DNA from: a virus
Lineage: Duplodnaviria; Caudoviricetes
Direction: 5' to 3' (one strand)
DNA: 57,176 nucleotides
Virus record (IMG/VR): IMGVR_UViG_3300017963_000309
Span: 1 to 57,176 of that record
This document shows, in pieces, positions 49,401 through 57,176 of the stretch. The notes below the pieces were generated by a model. The model worked only from the letters and a program-made list of their open reading frames with translations. It made no database searches and was not told where the DNA came from. A program made the translations under genes and the position numbers. Every line of letters begins with the position of its first letter. Within the stretch, counting starts at the first letter, position 1.

Positions 49401-49564
49401 ATCGCTTTGTTATACTCTGAAACTGCCTTATTATATGCTTGCTCTTTTTGAGATAATGGTTTAGAAACTGTACGCCCGCCCCTTGATACTTTCCTCTCCT
49501 TTTTAGAAATCATTTTCATAGGAGTCCTTATCACCGTTCTTTTTGTTGCCATTTTTTGCACCAT
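46481..49564 (-). CDS. 1027-aa putative virion protein (coiled coil, Gly/Ala hydrophobic core, Pro/Thr linker, basic C-terminus)
   Basis: Composition and architecture only. Confidence 0.7.
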   Translation of the reverse strand: MVQKMATKRTVIRTPMKMISKKERKVSRGGRTVSKPLSQKEQAYNKAVSEYNKAIQSGDYRTASSAAQRVQQSSSKGQLTQQQQQQLDALKAKLEANRRKAEAELKAQRQAAAAKAAGQKPQVIRPEQIVRLDEPKKREVIQMGIPSPPKMPEPSQPTPDLSAEVRERLQFPKITYTPEQEKEIIKGVGEVTELYQKVEEIVIPKYLDEPIYLPDKESIDQYKELLEESNVWKGGFRGGEIRPFLEKQQEQLEKDIAEFEKRKAEAEAIVEKPMFKKLELGINKWSKELNALASKENITEADVKEYERIKKQYDKAVKQYYSMYEDYRYKIETTAEFGESINKGIKGTGWKFAKESEKKYRAEKDIPTTILASDALKGFTTAYDVEKTALVAQVGGAVAAKTTVGKSVIGALGKPRTVLAGKSVGGILSTTPVVGTTAGVIGVGTGMQEYKKSADIGYSIAAGIGGAAGFTAVTAGSALAARSAGRKPLDEERFKQLQKAEGQGEGRILKFNKDKYRILVTETKQAGGYTSKTLTGYDVEKVNGKWVIRKGAGANYVYDRVKGELVRKSTFDFGGRAKPLSDKVYVKGRLLENIKNLKTSGASVKVNLKGEELRRLYTGIGFEQGDDLIAYVSPASRAQVTDIPRGKLVIKTPEGVKATGWKPDKRIFFKPTSRIEFKQLDPSKQPVSIIKGSEADTPFNRFFAEPFQTFQEADSIDDWLKSIKDPALQVFGIDKVGAAPRYGGWADYMKQVNMIPPTTETQAISSQLVKDPSALLIGQAVTPTVLQAEAAITPVYSIAPQVGVLNLLGTKSKTDIKTLPSLTATPKIDTSIGVQELTATAVAYPTPTPPTPTPSVTRTVITTPTPTPITPPIRPPRPRPPTTPPITGFPLPPLDIPKGKRKVYKPHYAEYIPEGQEDFKRIHKKPKTMAAALDTMAEKVDKFRSAVGRVVEGKPIVQKKKKKSPLDDKKTGYFKRNKNKFRTFSVSRTGQRSPLPKNTFVEKKAFRKDKPLERRPAKRTKRTPFGF

Positions 49565-49592
49565 TTATAAGTTGTCCAGCTTTATATAATTT

Positions 49593-49961
49593 ATGTCAGG
49601 TGATGATGCAACAACAGATACTATTGAGTTCAATAGTATGGTTAATATTTTAAAACGTTTAGACAAAATCACAAATTTTATTAATTATAATAGGGCGAAG
49701 GGGAATTATAAAGTAATGCATGGCTACCTCGTTGATTACTTTAAAGAGATTGTGGCAGATTTAACAAAGGAAGAGATGGATAGGGCATGGCGTGAATTGA
49801 ATGAAGTTAGGAAATTTTTAAACTTTAACACTGACTTGCCCCCTAACCCAAAAGTGCCAAAGATGTTGGATGAAATTGATATAAATTTACGATTGCTGGC
49901 TAAAGCTCACGGATACCTTACGAAAAATACACAGTCAGTAAAATCTAAGCTCATAGGTTAG
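49593..49961 (+). CDS. hypothetical helical protein
   Basis: Divergent from 49564; TTTATAA at 49565; precedes the ATPase. Confidence 0.7.
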   Translation: MSGDDATTDTIEFNSMVNILKRLDKITNFINYNRAKGNYKVMHGYLVDYFKEIVADLTKEEMDRAWRELNEVRKFLNFNTDLPPNPKVPKMLDEIDINLRLLAKAHGYLTKNTQSVKSKLIG

Positions 49962-49965
49962 GGAA

Positions 49966-51024
49966 ATGAAAGTAATGATTGATGAGCCCATGTTTAAGAA
50001 GGGTTCTTATCCCGCACAACAAAGTGACGGTCTTTACATGGATGGTGCTTTAGTCGAATTAGTAGAAATTTACGCAAGAAATATTGTCAAGGATAATCAA
50101 TTTGCAATAAATATGGGTTCTTCAACTTTTGGTGTTCGGACGGGAAAATCTACATTAGCCCAACAAATTTGTTATTATTACACCTACCGGGTAAATAAGT
50201 TGCATGGGCTAGATATTATATTTGACCACCGAAATATTGTTTTTAATTCAGAAGATTTGATTAAAAGGGCAGCAGCAGTTCCACGTTATTCTGCATTAAT
50301 ATTAGATGAAGGTGATGATTTAACAGAACACGCTTTCTCAAAGACTATGAAAGACTTGCAGAAATTCTTTAGAAAATCGGGGCAGTTAAATTTGTTCATC
50401 ATACTAATACTTCCTTCATTTTTTGATTGTCCAAAGTTTTTGGCTATGAATAGGACAAACGCATTTATCGACGTAAAATTTGAAGGAGAGTTTGATAGGG
50501 GTTATTTTGAGTATTATAATTTCACTGATAAGAAAAAATTGTATGTAAAAGGTAAAAAATTTCATGATTACGATGTCCAAAGAGCAACAATCCCAAATGG
50601 TCGTTTTGTTAACAAATATTGTGTTGACGAGGAAATATATCGCAAAATGAAATTAGATGACTTTATTAAAAAAGATGACGAAATCGAGGAAAAAATACCT
50701 ATGAAAGTCTATCGTAAGATTGAGAGTGAGATATTCACAAAAGTTTTTAAAGCAATAAAGATGGATATGAGAGGTAAGATTTCAGTTAAGAAAATGGCAA
50801 AATATTTTGGACGTTCAGAGAGAACTTGTCATCGCTTCTTGACAGAGAATGAAGACGAGATTGTTAGGTTAATTAAGCGAGGAAATTTTGAGCGTGACGA
50901 CGGCATATTGGCAGAGTCTAATGATACTATTGACCTTACCAAGGAAGAGGGCGAGGTGCGGGACACCACGGAGGGAGAGGGATATATAGAAGACGGCGAT
51001 GAACAAATGAACGATGAAAAATAA
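49966..51024 (+). CDS. P-loop ATPase (Zot/FtsK-like morphogenesis or packaging) with C-terminal HTH
   Basis: GVRTGKSTLA, LILDEG, FFRK; KMAKYFGRSERT. Confidence 0.75.
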   Translation: MKVMIDEPMFKKGSYPAQQSDGLYMDGALVELVEIYARNIVKDNQFAINMGSSTFGVRTGKSTLAQQICYYYTYRVNKLHGLDIIFDHRNIVFNSEDLIKRAAAVPRYSALILDEGDDLTEHAFSKTMKDLQKFFRKSGQLNLFIILILPSFFDCPKFLAMNRTNAFIDVKFEGEFDRGYFEYYNFTDKKKLYVKGKKFHDYDVQRATIPNGRFVNKYCVDEEIYRKMKLDDFIKKDDEIEEKIPMKVYRKIESEIFTKVFKAIKMDMRGKISVKKMAKYFGRSERTCHRFLTENEDEIVRLIKRGNFERDDGILAESNDTIDLTKEEGEVRDTTEGEGYIEDGDEQMNDEK

Positions 51025-52246
51025 ACAAGTGTTTACAACCGAGGGAAAGATTAGCACAACCTTTAATGACTTCTTTAGGGCATTAAAAGAACAGTCAAAA
51101 CAAAAAAGGTTAATTAGTGGCACATTGGAAGAAGAAGTTTTATTTGATATTGATAAAAAAGATATAATCATCTTTGAAGTTGATGTTGATAAACTTGATT
51201 TTGAAGTCCCGAATGGGAAAAAAAGAAATCTAATAATCCCCTCAGAAAAAATCTTTGTTGAAATCCCTGAACTTTATTTTGATAATAAAAAGGAGAAAGT
51301 TCTTTTATTGGGTGGCTTTTTAATTTATCATTCAAAATTATTTAGTGAGAAGTTTAATGAAAAAATCGTCGTAATTCAAATGCAATTAGAATATACAAAT
51401 ACTGAAACTGGTGAATGTTATACAACTCCTTTGAGTTTACCTTACAAAAAAGGTATTCCCACAATAGAAGAAGAAATTACTGAAGAAATGAATTGGCACC
51501 ATGGTGATGAAAAAAAAGAAGGTTTCCAATTAAGTAATAACATCAAAACATCTATTGTAAAATATGTTCAAAAGGTTTGCATTACAACGCTTTACAAAAT
51601 AGAACGTAAAGAATATACCAAATATAAAAAATGGACGCCACGAGGTTTCATCGAGAAACCAATTATTTATGCTCATGATGTCTCACGTCATAAACGACAT
51701 TTCTGGGAGGACAGTGGACGGTTCAAAATTCCCGGGTTGACTTTAAAAGAACGGGAAGAAAAAGGTTACGGCACTGATGAAGTGGTTTTTCGTGACGGTG
51801 AATTAAGACGTGATGTCCCGTTTCGGATTATAGGTGAATACTTAGTTGGTAAGATTAAGAAGAAGCGTGAAGATAACCGTAGAATAAAAGTAGCTAAGGG
51901 TCGCGTATTAAGATGTGAACAGAAAGTCTATGAAATCCTTCGTGAAATATTTCCGCATAAAATTATCACGCGACATGACCGTAGAACTTTGAAAGGTTTG
52001 GAACTCGATTTTAACTTACCTGAACTTCGTCTTGGTGTGGAATATGATGGTGAACAACACTATGATAAGGAATTGTGTGAAGCAGTTTTCAAATCAAACT
52101 TTGACGAACTCGTTCGACGGGATAGGAAGAAGGATAAACTTTGCCAAAGGAAGAAGATAAAATTACTAAGGATAAAATATGACGAACCTCTTACGAAGAC
52201 CCACTTTAAGAAAAAATTAAATGCTATGGAAGTTGCTACTTCCTAG
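51014..52246 (+). CDS. protein with C-terminal DUF559/Vsr-like endonuclease domain
   Basis: LELDFNLPELRLGVEYDGEQHY...RDRKKD...LLRIKY. Confidence 0.75.
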   Translation: MKNKQVFTTEGKISTTFNDFFRALKEQSKQKRLISGTLEEEVLFDIDKKDIIIFEVDVDKLDFEVPNGKKRNLIIPSEKIFVEIPELYFDNKKEKVLLLGGFLIYHSKLFSEKFNEKIVVIQMQLEYTNTETGECYTTPLSLPYKKGIPTIEEEITEEMNWHHGDEKKEGFQLSNNIKTSIVKYVQKVCITTLYKIERKEYTKYKKWTPRGFIEKPIIYAHDVSRHKRHFWEDSGRFKIPGLTLKEREEKGYGTDEVVFRDGELRRDVPFRIIGEYLVGKIKKKREDNRRIKVAKGRVLRCEQKVYEILREIFPHKIITRHDRRTLKGLELDFNLPELRLGVEYDGEQHYDKELCEAVFKSNFDELVRRDRKKDKLCQRKKIKLLRIKYDEPLTKTHFKKKLNAMEVATS

Positions 52247-52287
52247 GTGTCGCACACTTTTATAAATAAAACAATCTATGAATTACA

Positions 52288-52539
52288 ATGAAAAAAAGTA
52301 AATTATTTGCAAGAGTTTTTTGGGCAACGATATTCCTCTGGATTTTTTTCCTAGGAACTTCAGCATACGTTGGCTACCACAACCATCCAAATTTCATTTG
52401 GTATAATGTGGGGATAATGTTCGCCACAATATTGTTCCTTGCTTTAATGCTAGGATTCAAAAGAAAGGAATTCAAAACCGAACTAGCTTTTGCTGCAAAG
52501 AAGTTTAGCGAAGAACTTAACACCACGTCACGCCGGTAA
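52288..52539 (+). CDS. 2-TM membrane protein
   Basis: Two hydrophobic helices; TTTATAAA upstream. Confidence 0.65.
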   Translation: MKKSKLFARVFWATIFLWIFFLGTSAYVGYHNHPNFIWYNVGIMFATILFLALMLGFKRKEFKTELAFAAKKFSEELNTTSRR

Positions 52540-52689
52540 TCATACTCAAGTCTATCGCGGGAGACTGACGTAAAAAGACTTGAGGGGTCAGTTCAGGGTT
52601 CACCTGTTTTTTGTCCAAATTAACTGTGACCCATTTTTACTACGTAAAAACCGCTCACCCTCATCGTCAATCCCCGCGCTTGATATTTA

Positions 52690-52831
52690 AGTATGGTGAA
52701 GTAGGGTTCAGTCAGGTAATGTGGGGTTCGGTTCGGTAAGGAGAGGAAATCATATTCAAATCCGGTTCGGTAGGGTGTTGCGGTGTAAAGTGAGGTACTG
52801 TACTGTCTGGTGAGGTAATGTAAGGTAAGGA
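52690..52831 (+). repeat. orphan two-unit (DGY-NN)n array
   Basis: Same 5-nt register; units end TAAGGAGAGGAAATCATATTCA (52737) and TAAGGTAAGGA (52821). Confidence 0.88.
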
Positions 52832-52991
52832 ACAAAAAATAAAATGAAAATAAAAGAAAACGAAACACGGGGAACAATGTCAACTTTAGGCGTAAAAATG
52901 ACCAAGTATACCATGGACAAGAAGCGGTATACCAGTAAACTGATGGACGCAGAAAACCCTAACTGGAGAGAAGAAGGAGAATATTATTAAG

Positions 52992-53399
52992 ATGGCAAAT
53001 TGGAATTTAAGAGCAGGGAAGTCCACTTTGCAAGAAGCAATGGCAAATTTGATGAGACAAAAAAGTTATACTAGAAAAAAAGAAAGGAAGATGGATGACA
53101 TCTTCGGAACTAAATCCAAGGAGAAAACAAATATGGAAGTAAAAAGTAGATACGAAGTTATCGCGGAATTGGAACAGAAGAAAAATCATCTAATCCAAGA
53201 ACGTGAAGGTTTCAAAGATAAGGTAAAGGATATTAAGAAAGATATTCGTGAGTCTGAAAGAGAACTTGAAGACAAGAAGGAAGACCTTAAAGATTTTGAA
53301 GAAACTATTGATGAACGTAAAGAAACAATCAATGAGTTAATTAAATCTGTTGATGAAAGCTTGAAACGATTTCAAGATTTGAGACATTCGAAGAAATAA
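52992..53399 (+). CDS. coiled-coil protein
   Basis: K/E-rich heptads. Confidence 0.65.
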   Translation: MANWNLRAGKSTLQEAMANLMRQKSYTRKKERKMDDIFGTKSKEKTNMEVKSRYEVIAELEQKKNHLIQEREGFKDKVKDIKKDIRESERELEDKKEDLKDFEETIDERKETINELIKSVDESLKRFQDLRHSKK

Positions 53400-53534
53400 A
53401 TGATTTCAGAAAAAGTAAAAGCAAGATTTATGAAGAAAGGTGAAAATCATTTAACAAGAAGTAATAGTCTTAGAAAAAATAAAACTAAATTTAGTCCCCT
53501 CCCTAAGATACTGTTCAACTGAAAATTGAACTCC

Positions 53535-53606
53535 AAGATGGTAGCTTAATGGTAAAGCACTCGACTTGTAATCGAGAGATTGCCGGCTCGAAACCGGCTC
53601 ACACTA
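53535..53606 (+). pseudogene. tRNA-Thr(TGT)-like gene with broken acceptor stem
   Basis: D arm GCTT-AATGGTA-AAGC, CTCGA-CTTGTAA-TCGAG and GCCGG-CTCGAAA-CCGGC are intact; AAGATGG/TCACACT pairs poorly. Confidence 0.7.
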
Positions 53607-53628
53607 ACGGAGGGGATTCATATTCAAA

Positions 53629-53760
53629 ATGGAAACAATGAAAATTAAACTGGAAGGATTAGCAGAGTTAGGTTTGGGGATGGCTTGGGGCGGTTTCTGC
53701 CTAGTTTTACTGATGATAGGTCTCTGTATCGGACTCGCTATTGTTGTAGCATCTGGATAA
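53629..53760 (+). CDS. small hydrophobic peptide (43 aa)
   Basis: Manual translation METMKIKLEGLAELGLGMAWGGFCLVLLMIG... Confidence 0.4.
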   Translation: METMKIKLEGLAELGLGMAWGGFCLVLLMIGLCIGLAIVVASG

Positions 53761-53762
53761 TC

Positions 53763-54227
53763 ATGGCAAAAGATAAGGACGAGGTAATAAAACTTGAAGG
53801 AAAGAAATATAAGAAAACAAAATTCATAATTGAAGAGACTCACCCCGTCATCGGTCGCATTCTAATTATTGATGATAAGAAGTTTAAAATTATGGATGAG
53901 AGTGCTATCGGCGAACACCGTTCTGGAACCTTCATCGCTCCATTAACTGGAGATGATGAAGAAAGGATGCAAGAGTATGATGAAGATTTAGAAAACCTTA
54001 GCGAGAAACTTGCAGGGAGAGTTGACATCAAAAAACTCATCAAAGAAAATATTAAGAATAAAAAACATCAAGAAATCAAAACCGGTCTTTTCATTTTAAA
54101 CGAGATGGAGAAAGGTAACAAGTCAGCAGAAGAAGAACATATCAAAGGATGTTATCAATACGTGGCACATTATAAAAACCATTCCTTCGACTTTTTTTCT
54201 GGCGCACCACCGGAGGTTATTGAATAA
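53763..54227 (+). CDS. hypothetical protein
   Basis: Start reassigned to MAKDKD within ORF 53685-54227. Confidence 0.65.
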   Translation: MAKDKDEVIKLEGKKYKKTKFIIEETHPVIGRILIIDDKKFKIMDESAIGEHRSGTFIAPLTGDDEERMQEYDEDLENLSEKLAGRVDIKKLIKENIKNKKHQEIKTGLFILNEMEKGNKSAEEEHIKGCYQYVAHYKNHSFDFFSGAPPEVIE

Positions 54228-54589
54228 TCATGGCAAATGAAGATATAAAAGCGGAACTTGAAAAGTTGAAGCAGGAAGATGCGAACGCTCTTGAAAGGCA
54301 AAACCTTAACAGGGAAATGCAAAAGTATAAAGCGCGTAAGTGGGAAAGGCAACACCCAAGATTGGCTCGACTTAGAAACATTTTTAATCGCGGTGGCTGG
54401 TAAATCACTACGGTGCAGTGGTGGGAAGAATTTATATAGTCTAGTATTTTATAGAATTTATGAAAACGCAAAGTCACCATCTTTTGACTGTTTTGTTAAA
54501 AGATTTATGGAAACAAATTGATAGGGTCGGAGAAGATTTCGAATTAGCAAAAGCCATATCAACAGTTGTGAATTACTTAGAGGAAGATG

Positions 54590-54736
54590 ATGGAGAATAG
54601 AAATGAAACGCACGCTTCAATGGAAGTAACGAAAGACGTTAGAGCTAGACTTAATAGGATTAAAGGAGCGAAAGACTTCAGAACATACAACCAAACCATC
54701 TTATATTTACTTAAAAAATACGAAAATTCAGATTAA
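54590..54736 (+). CDS. ribbon-helix-helix-like DNA-binding protein (48 aa)
   Basis: Manual translation ...SMEVTKDVRARLNRIKGAKDFRTYNQTILYLL. Confidence 0.6.
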   Translation: MENRNETHASMEVTKDVRARLNRIKGAKDFRTYNQTILYLLKKYENSD

Positions 54737-54813
54737 TCTTTTACATAAAAGATTTTAGATTCAACGAAAAGGGACGTTTTAACGTCGATAAATAAAATGT
54801 TTAAGGACAAAAA

Positions 54814-55182
54814 ATGGTAACTAAAGAAGAACGTAAGCGAATGGTTTGGAGACAATTCGGGAAGCAGAAGTATGAAGAGATTAGTAAATTTCTTTTCTGG
54901 TTCATTGCTATTGGTTTATTTGTTTCTTTACTTTCAGGCGCATTATATTCTTGGAGCTCACTTGCTTGCGAGAATGGATGGCTAACAGCAACAGAGTTTA
55001 ATGGAACTTGCGATTATGAAGAAATAACGATGGTTGCAGTTGCTTCACTTTTCATATTAATAATGATTATTGCAGCAATGATTGGCTTAATTTTAACAGT
55101 TCGGAATTGGTTAAAAAAGAACTGGAAACAAGCAGAAGAAAAAGTTACCGCGGAATTAAAGAAGCAGAGGAATAAGAAATGA
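54814..55182 (+). CDS. 2-TM membrane protein
   Basis: Two TM helices around a Cys loop. Confidence 0.65.
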   Translation: MVTKEERKRMVWRQFGKQKYEEISKFLFWFIAIGLFVSLLSGALYSWSSLACENGWLTATEFNGTCDYEEITMVAVASLFILIMIIAAMIGLILTVRNWLKKNWKQAEEKVTAELKKQRNKK

Positions 55183-55379
55183 CTAGCTATATTTATTATG
55201 ATTGCGGTTGTGCATATTCTTTTTCCCTAGATGGATGGGGAAAGGGTCAAGAATTGGAATGTGAAAATCTTTGTGATGAACACGCAAAAGACATTGATGA
55301 TGAAGACAAGGAGCCAGAAGAAGGAAACTCACTAACAGTTGTAAGGAGGGCAAGAAAGAATGAAAAAGATAAAAGTTGA
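55179..55379 (+). CDS. small Cys/acidic protein
   Basis: DCGC...LCDEH; overlaps both neighbours. Confidence 0.5.
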   Translation: MTSYIYYDCGCAYSFSLDGWGKGQELECENLCDEHAKDIDDEDKEPEEGNSLTVVRRARKNEKDKS

Positions 55380-55905
55380 AATTAAAAGTATTTCGCCTTT
55401 ACTTATGAACTCGCCAAAAGCTATGATTGATGAGGCATTAGGTCAGGAGATGAAACTTAAGACCAAAAAATATGACCCAAAAGAAGAAGCTGAAAAAGTT
55501 GCATATAGGAACGAGAAGGGAAAACTCTTCGTACCGTCAACAGCCATCCGTGCTGCTATGATTAACGCATCCAGTTTCAAGAAGATTGGGAAGTATGCAG
55601 CCAAATCGATTGTTAGTGCATCCGTTTATATTCCTGAACCAGAAATTGTTTTGGATAAACAAGCTTATGAAGTCGACAGTAGAACCGTCGTAATTCAGAG
55701 GAACAGAGTTGTAAAGTTCCGACCTATTATTAAAGATTGGAAACTAAACTTTGAAATTGTTTATAATGAAAATTTGATTGATGAAAAATTCATCAGACAG
55801 ATTTTGACCGAAGCTGGGCAAAGGATTGGACTACTAGATTTCCGTCCACAAAAGACTGGAAGTTTTGGTATGTTTGAAGTAACTAAATGGACAGTTCAAA
55901 AATAA
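55360..55905 (+). CDS. stand-alone RAMP/Cas7-like RNA-binding protein
   Basis: IKSISPLLMN (first RRM strand), LFVPSTAIRAAM (PxSSxKG-like helix), Gly-rich C-terminal loop IGLLDFRPQKTGSFGMFEV; no other cas genes in the window. Confidence 0.8.
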   Translation: MKKIKVEIKSISPLLMNSPKAMIDEALGQEMKLKTKKYDPKEEAEKVAYRNEKGKLFVPSTAIRAAMINASSFKKIGKYAAKSIVSASVYIPEPEIVLDKQAYEVDSRTVVIQRNRVVKFRPIIKDWKLNFEIVYNENLIDEKFIRQILTEAGQRIGLLDFRPQKTGSFGMFEVTKWTVQK

Positions 55906-55913
55906 TTTGAAAA

Positions 55914-56648
55914 ATGGCAAGTAAAGTAAGGCAAATTCAGAAGAGAGTCGTAATCAAAGACATCTCTCTCGACAAAGAACTTTATCCTCGTGAAAACTAT
56001 TACTGGAAACAGGCTAAAGGTTACGCTACTGCAATGGAGCAAGGTGACCAGTTCCCTAAGATTATCTTAGGTTTGAACAACGGTACACTTTATCTTATTG
56101 ATGGTAGGCACAGGATTGAAGCTCATAAGATTTTGAAAATCAAAGAAATTGACGCTGTAGTATACCACGGGTTATCGAAAGCAGAAATCTTTAAGATGGC
56201 TGTTAAGACTAACACTACTCATGGTATGAGTTTATCTGCATACGACCGGAGACGGTGCGCTGTGAAGTTAATAGAACTTGGTGTCAAGAATGCTGAGGTT
56301 GCAAATCTTATCAATGTCGAAAGTGATGAACTTCAAGATTTCGTTGGACAAAGGATGGTTAACACTATCACCGGCGAAGCGGTTGAAGCTGAAGAAGATG
56401 AAGGTTTCTTCAAGAGTATGGGTAACCGTATTTTGAAGAACACTTTGAAACATTACGCTGGAACTTCCGGCGCTGAAGCTCAACGAGTTATTGATTTACA
56501 AAAGAAACTTCCAACTTCAATGAACCAAGATAAGGTATGGGCTACGGCTGTTTACCTCTTGGAGAATGATTTGGCAGATTTGGATAGTAAAGAAAATCTT
56601 GAAAAGATTGGACGATTGAAGACTCTTTTACGAAAAGTAAAACTTTAA
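55914..56648 (+). CDS. ParB/Srx-domain protein with HTH
   Basis: FPKIIL...YLIDGRHRIEA, NTTHG, GVKNAEVANLINV. Confidence 0.82.
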   Translation: MASKVRQIQKRVVIKDISLDKELYPRENYYWKQAKGYATAMEQGDQFPKIILGLNNGTLYLIDGRHRIEAHKILKIKEIDAVVYHGLSKAEIFKMAVKTNTTHGMSLSAYDRRRCAVKLIELGVKNAEVANLINVESDELQDFVGQRMVNTITGEAVEAEEDEGFFKSMGNRILKNTLKHYAGTSGAEAQRVIDLQKKLPTSMNQDKVWATAVYLLENDLADLDSKENLEKIGRLKTLLRKVKL

Positions 56649-56842
56649 AACCAAAAGATTGTTTATTTTTATTATTAAATTTCAGGCGGGTGACCAACCC
56701 TTATCCGTCTTTATTATTTTCACATTTACGGGACGTAACCTAGGTAATTTAAACTTATACAACCTTACCTTGTCCCGTTGATTACGGGGACGACCTTTTC
56801 TTGAAACCTCCTTGCATAGTTTTCTTTGAGGTTGTTCCTGTA

Positions 56843-57176
56843 TCATATTCAATAAAGTATTGCGCGGCAATGTACTGTGATGTTTGGTTGGGTACTGTTT
56901 TCTAAGGTAAGGAATTATATTCATTGGGTGCTGTGTGGTTTTGTCAAGTGATGTATTGTTTGTCGCGGTTCTGTAGAGTAAGGTAAGGAAATTATATTCA
57001 TACGGTTCGGTTAGTTCCGGCTTGGCAAAGTCCTGTGGGCTGTTGCGGGGTGGGGTTCGGTAAGGTAAGGATTTCATATTCATAGGCTCGTAGCTCAGTC
57101 AGGTTAGAGTACTGCTCTGATACGGCAGAAGTCACGGGTTCAAATCCCGTCGAGCCTATTAGTTGTTGTGTGGTAA
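56843..57176 (+). repeat. (DGY-NN)n array, right arm: 3 full units, tRNA-Ile and the start of the next unit
   Basis: Opens with TCATATTCA; TAAGGTAAGG at 56903, 56979 and 57061. Confidence 0.92.
57084..57158 (+). tRNA. tRNA-Ile(GAT), identical to 479-553
   Basis: Exact sequence copy. Confidence 0.9.

Noticed and set aside
46481-49564. Tape-measure protein of a tailed virus
   Set aside because: No terminase nuclease, portal, HK97 capsid or tail genes were recognised
52760-52831. Decoding this unit as a Walker A motif (..VGKxTTL)
   Set aside because: An extra D/E codon breaks GKT/S; not convincing
52620-52883. 87-aa - strand ORF
   Set aside because: Antisense to the orphan array; same artefact
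56682-57083. 133-aa - strand ORF
   Set aside because: Mostly antisense to the array; its P/T/Y/L-rich sequence is a by-product of the periodicity. A short C-terminal part (from MIQEQP) cannot be excluded

Overview
This window is most likely a near-complete (~56.6 kb, probably circular) genome of an archaeal virus. Archaeal signs are TATA-box leaderless promoters, CCA-less tRNAs including an A1:U72 tRNA-Gln, and sequon-rich glycoproteins. Two adjacent two-helix hydrophobic proteins resemble capsid proteins of spindle-shaped viruses, and no HK97 capsid, portal or tail module is recognisable. The genome also carries a primase-polymerase/SF3 helicase with an adjacent iteron-like origin, a tyrosine recombinase, an SF2 helicase fusion, a MoxR-vWA pair, an RNA ligase, a nucleotidyltransferase and an 8-tRNA cluster. 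The standout is a stand-alone Cas7/RAMP-like gene (55360-55905) plus a ParB-like gene, followed by a non-CRISPR array that wraps across the contig ends (56843-57176 and 1-691), with a second two-unit copy at 52690-52831. Each of the 12 units is a strict 5-nt-periodic string of near-constant DGY triplets alternating with variable dinucleotides. Units end in TAAGGTAAGG plus an AT-rich tail, and tRNA genes are interspersed. Reading the variable dinucleotides of unit 621-691 as codon positions 1-2 gives Y-D-P-A-C-G-S-G-G-F-L-V, the SAM-binding motif of type I R-M (HsdM-type) methyltransferases. This suggests a gapped, wobble-skipping RNA guide aimed at a defence gene. All protein calls are by-eye motif recognition; no searches were run.
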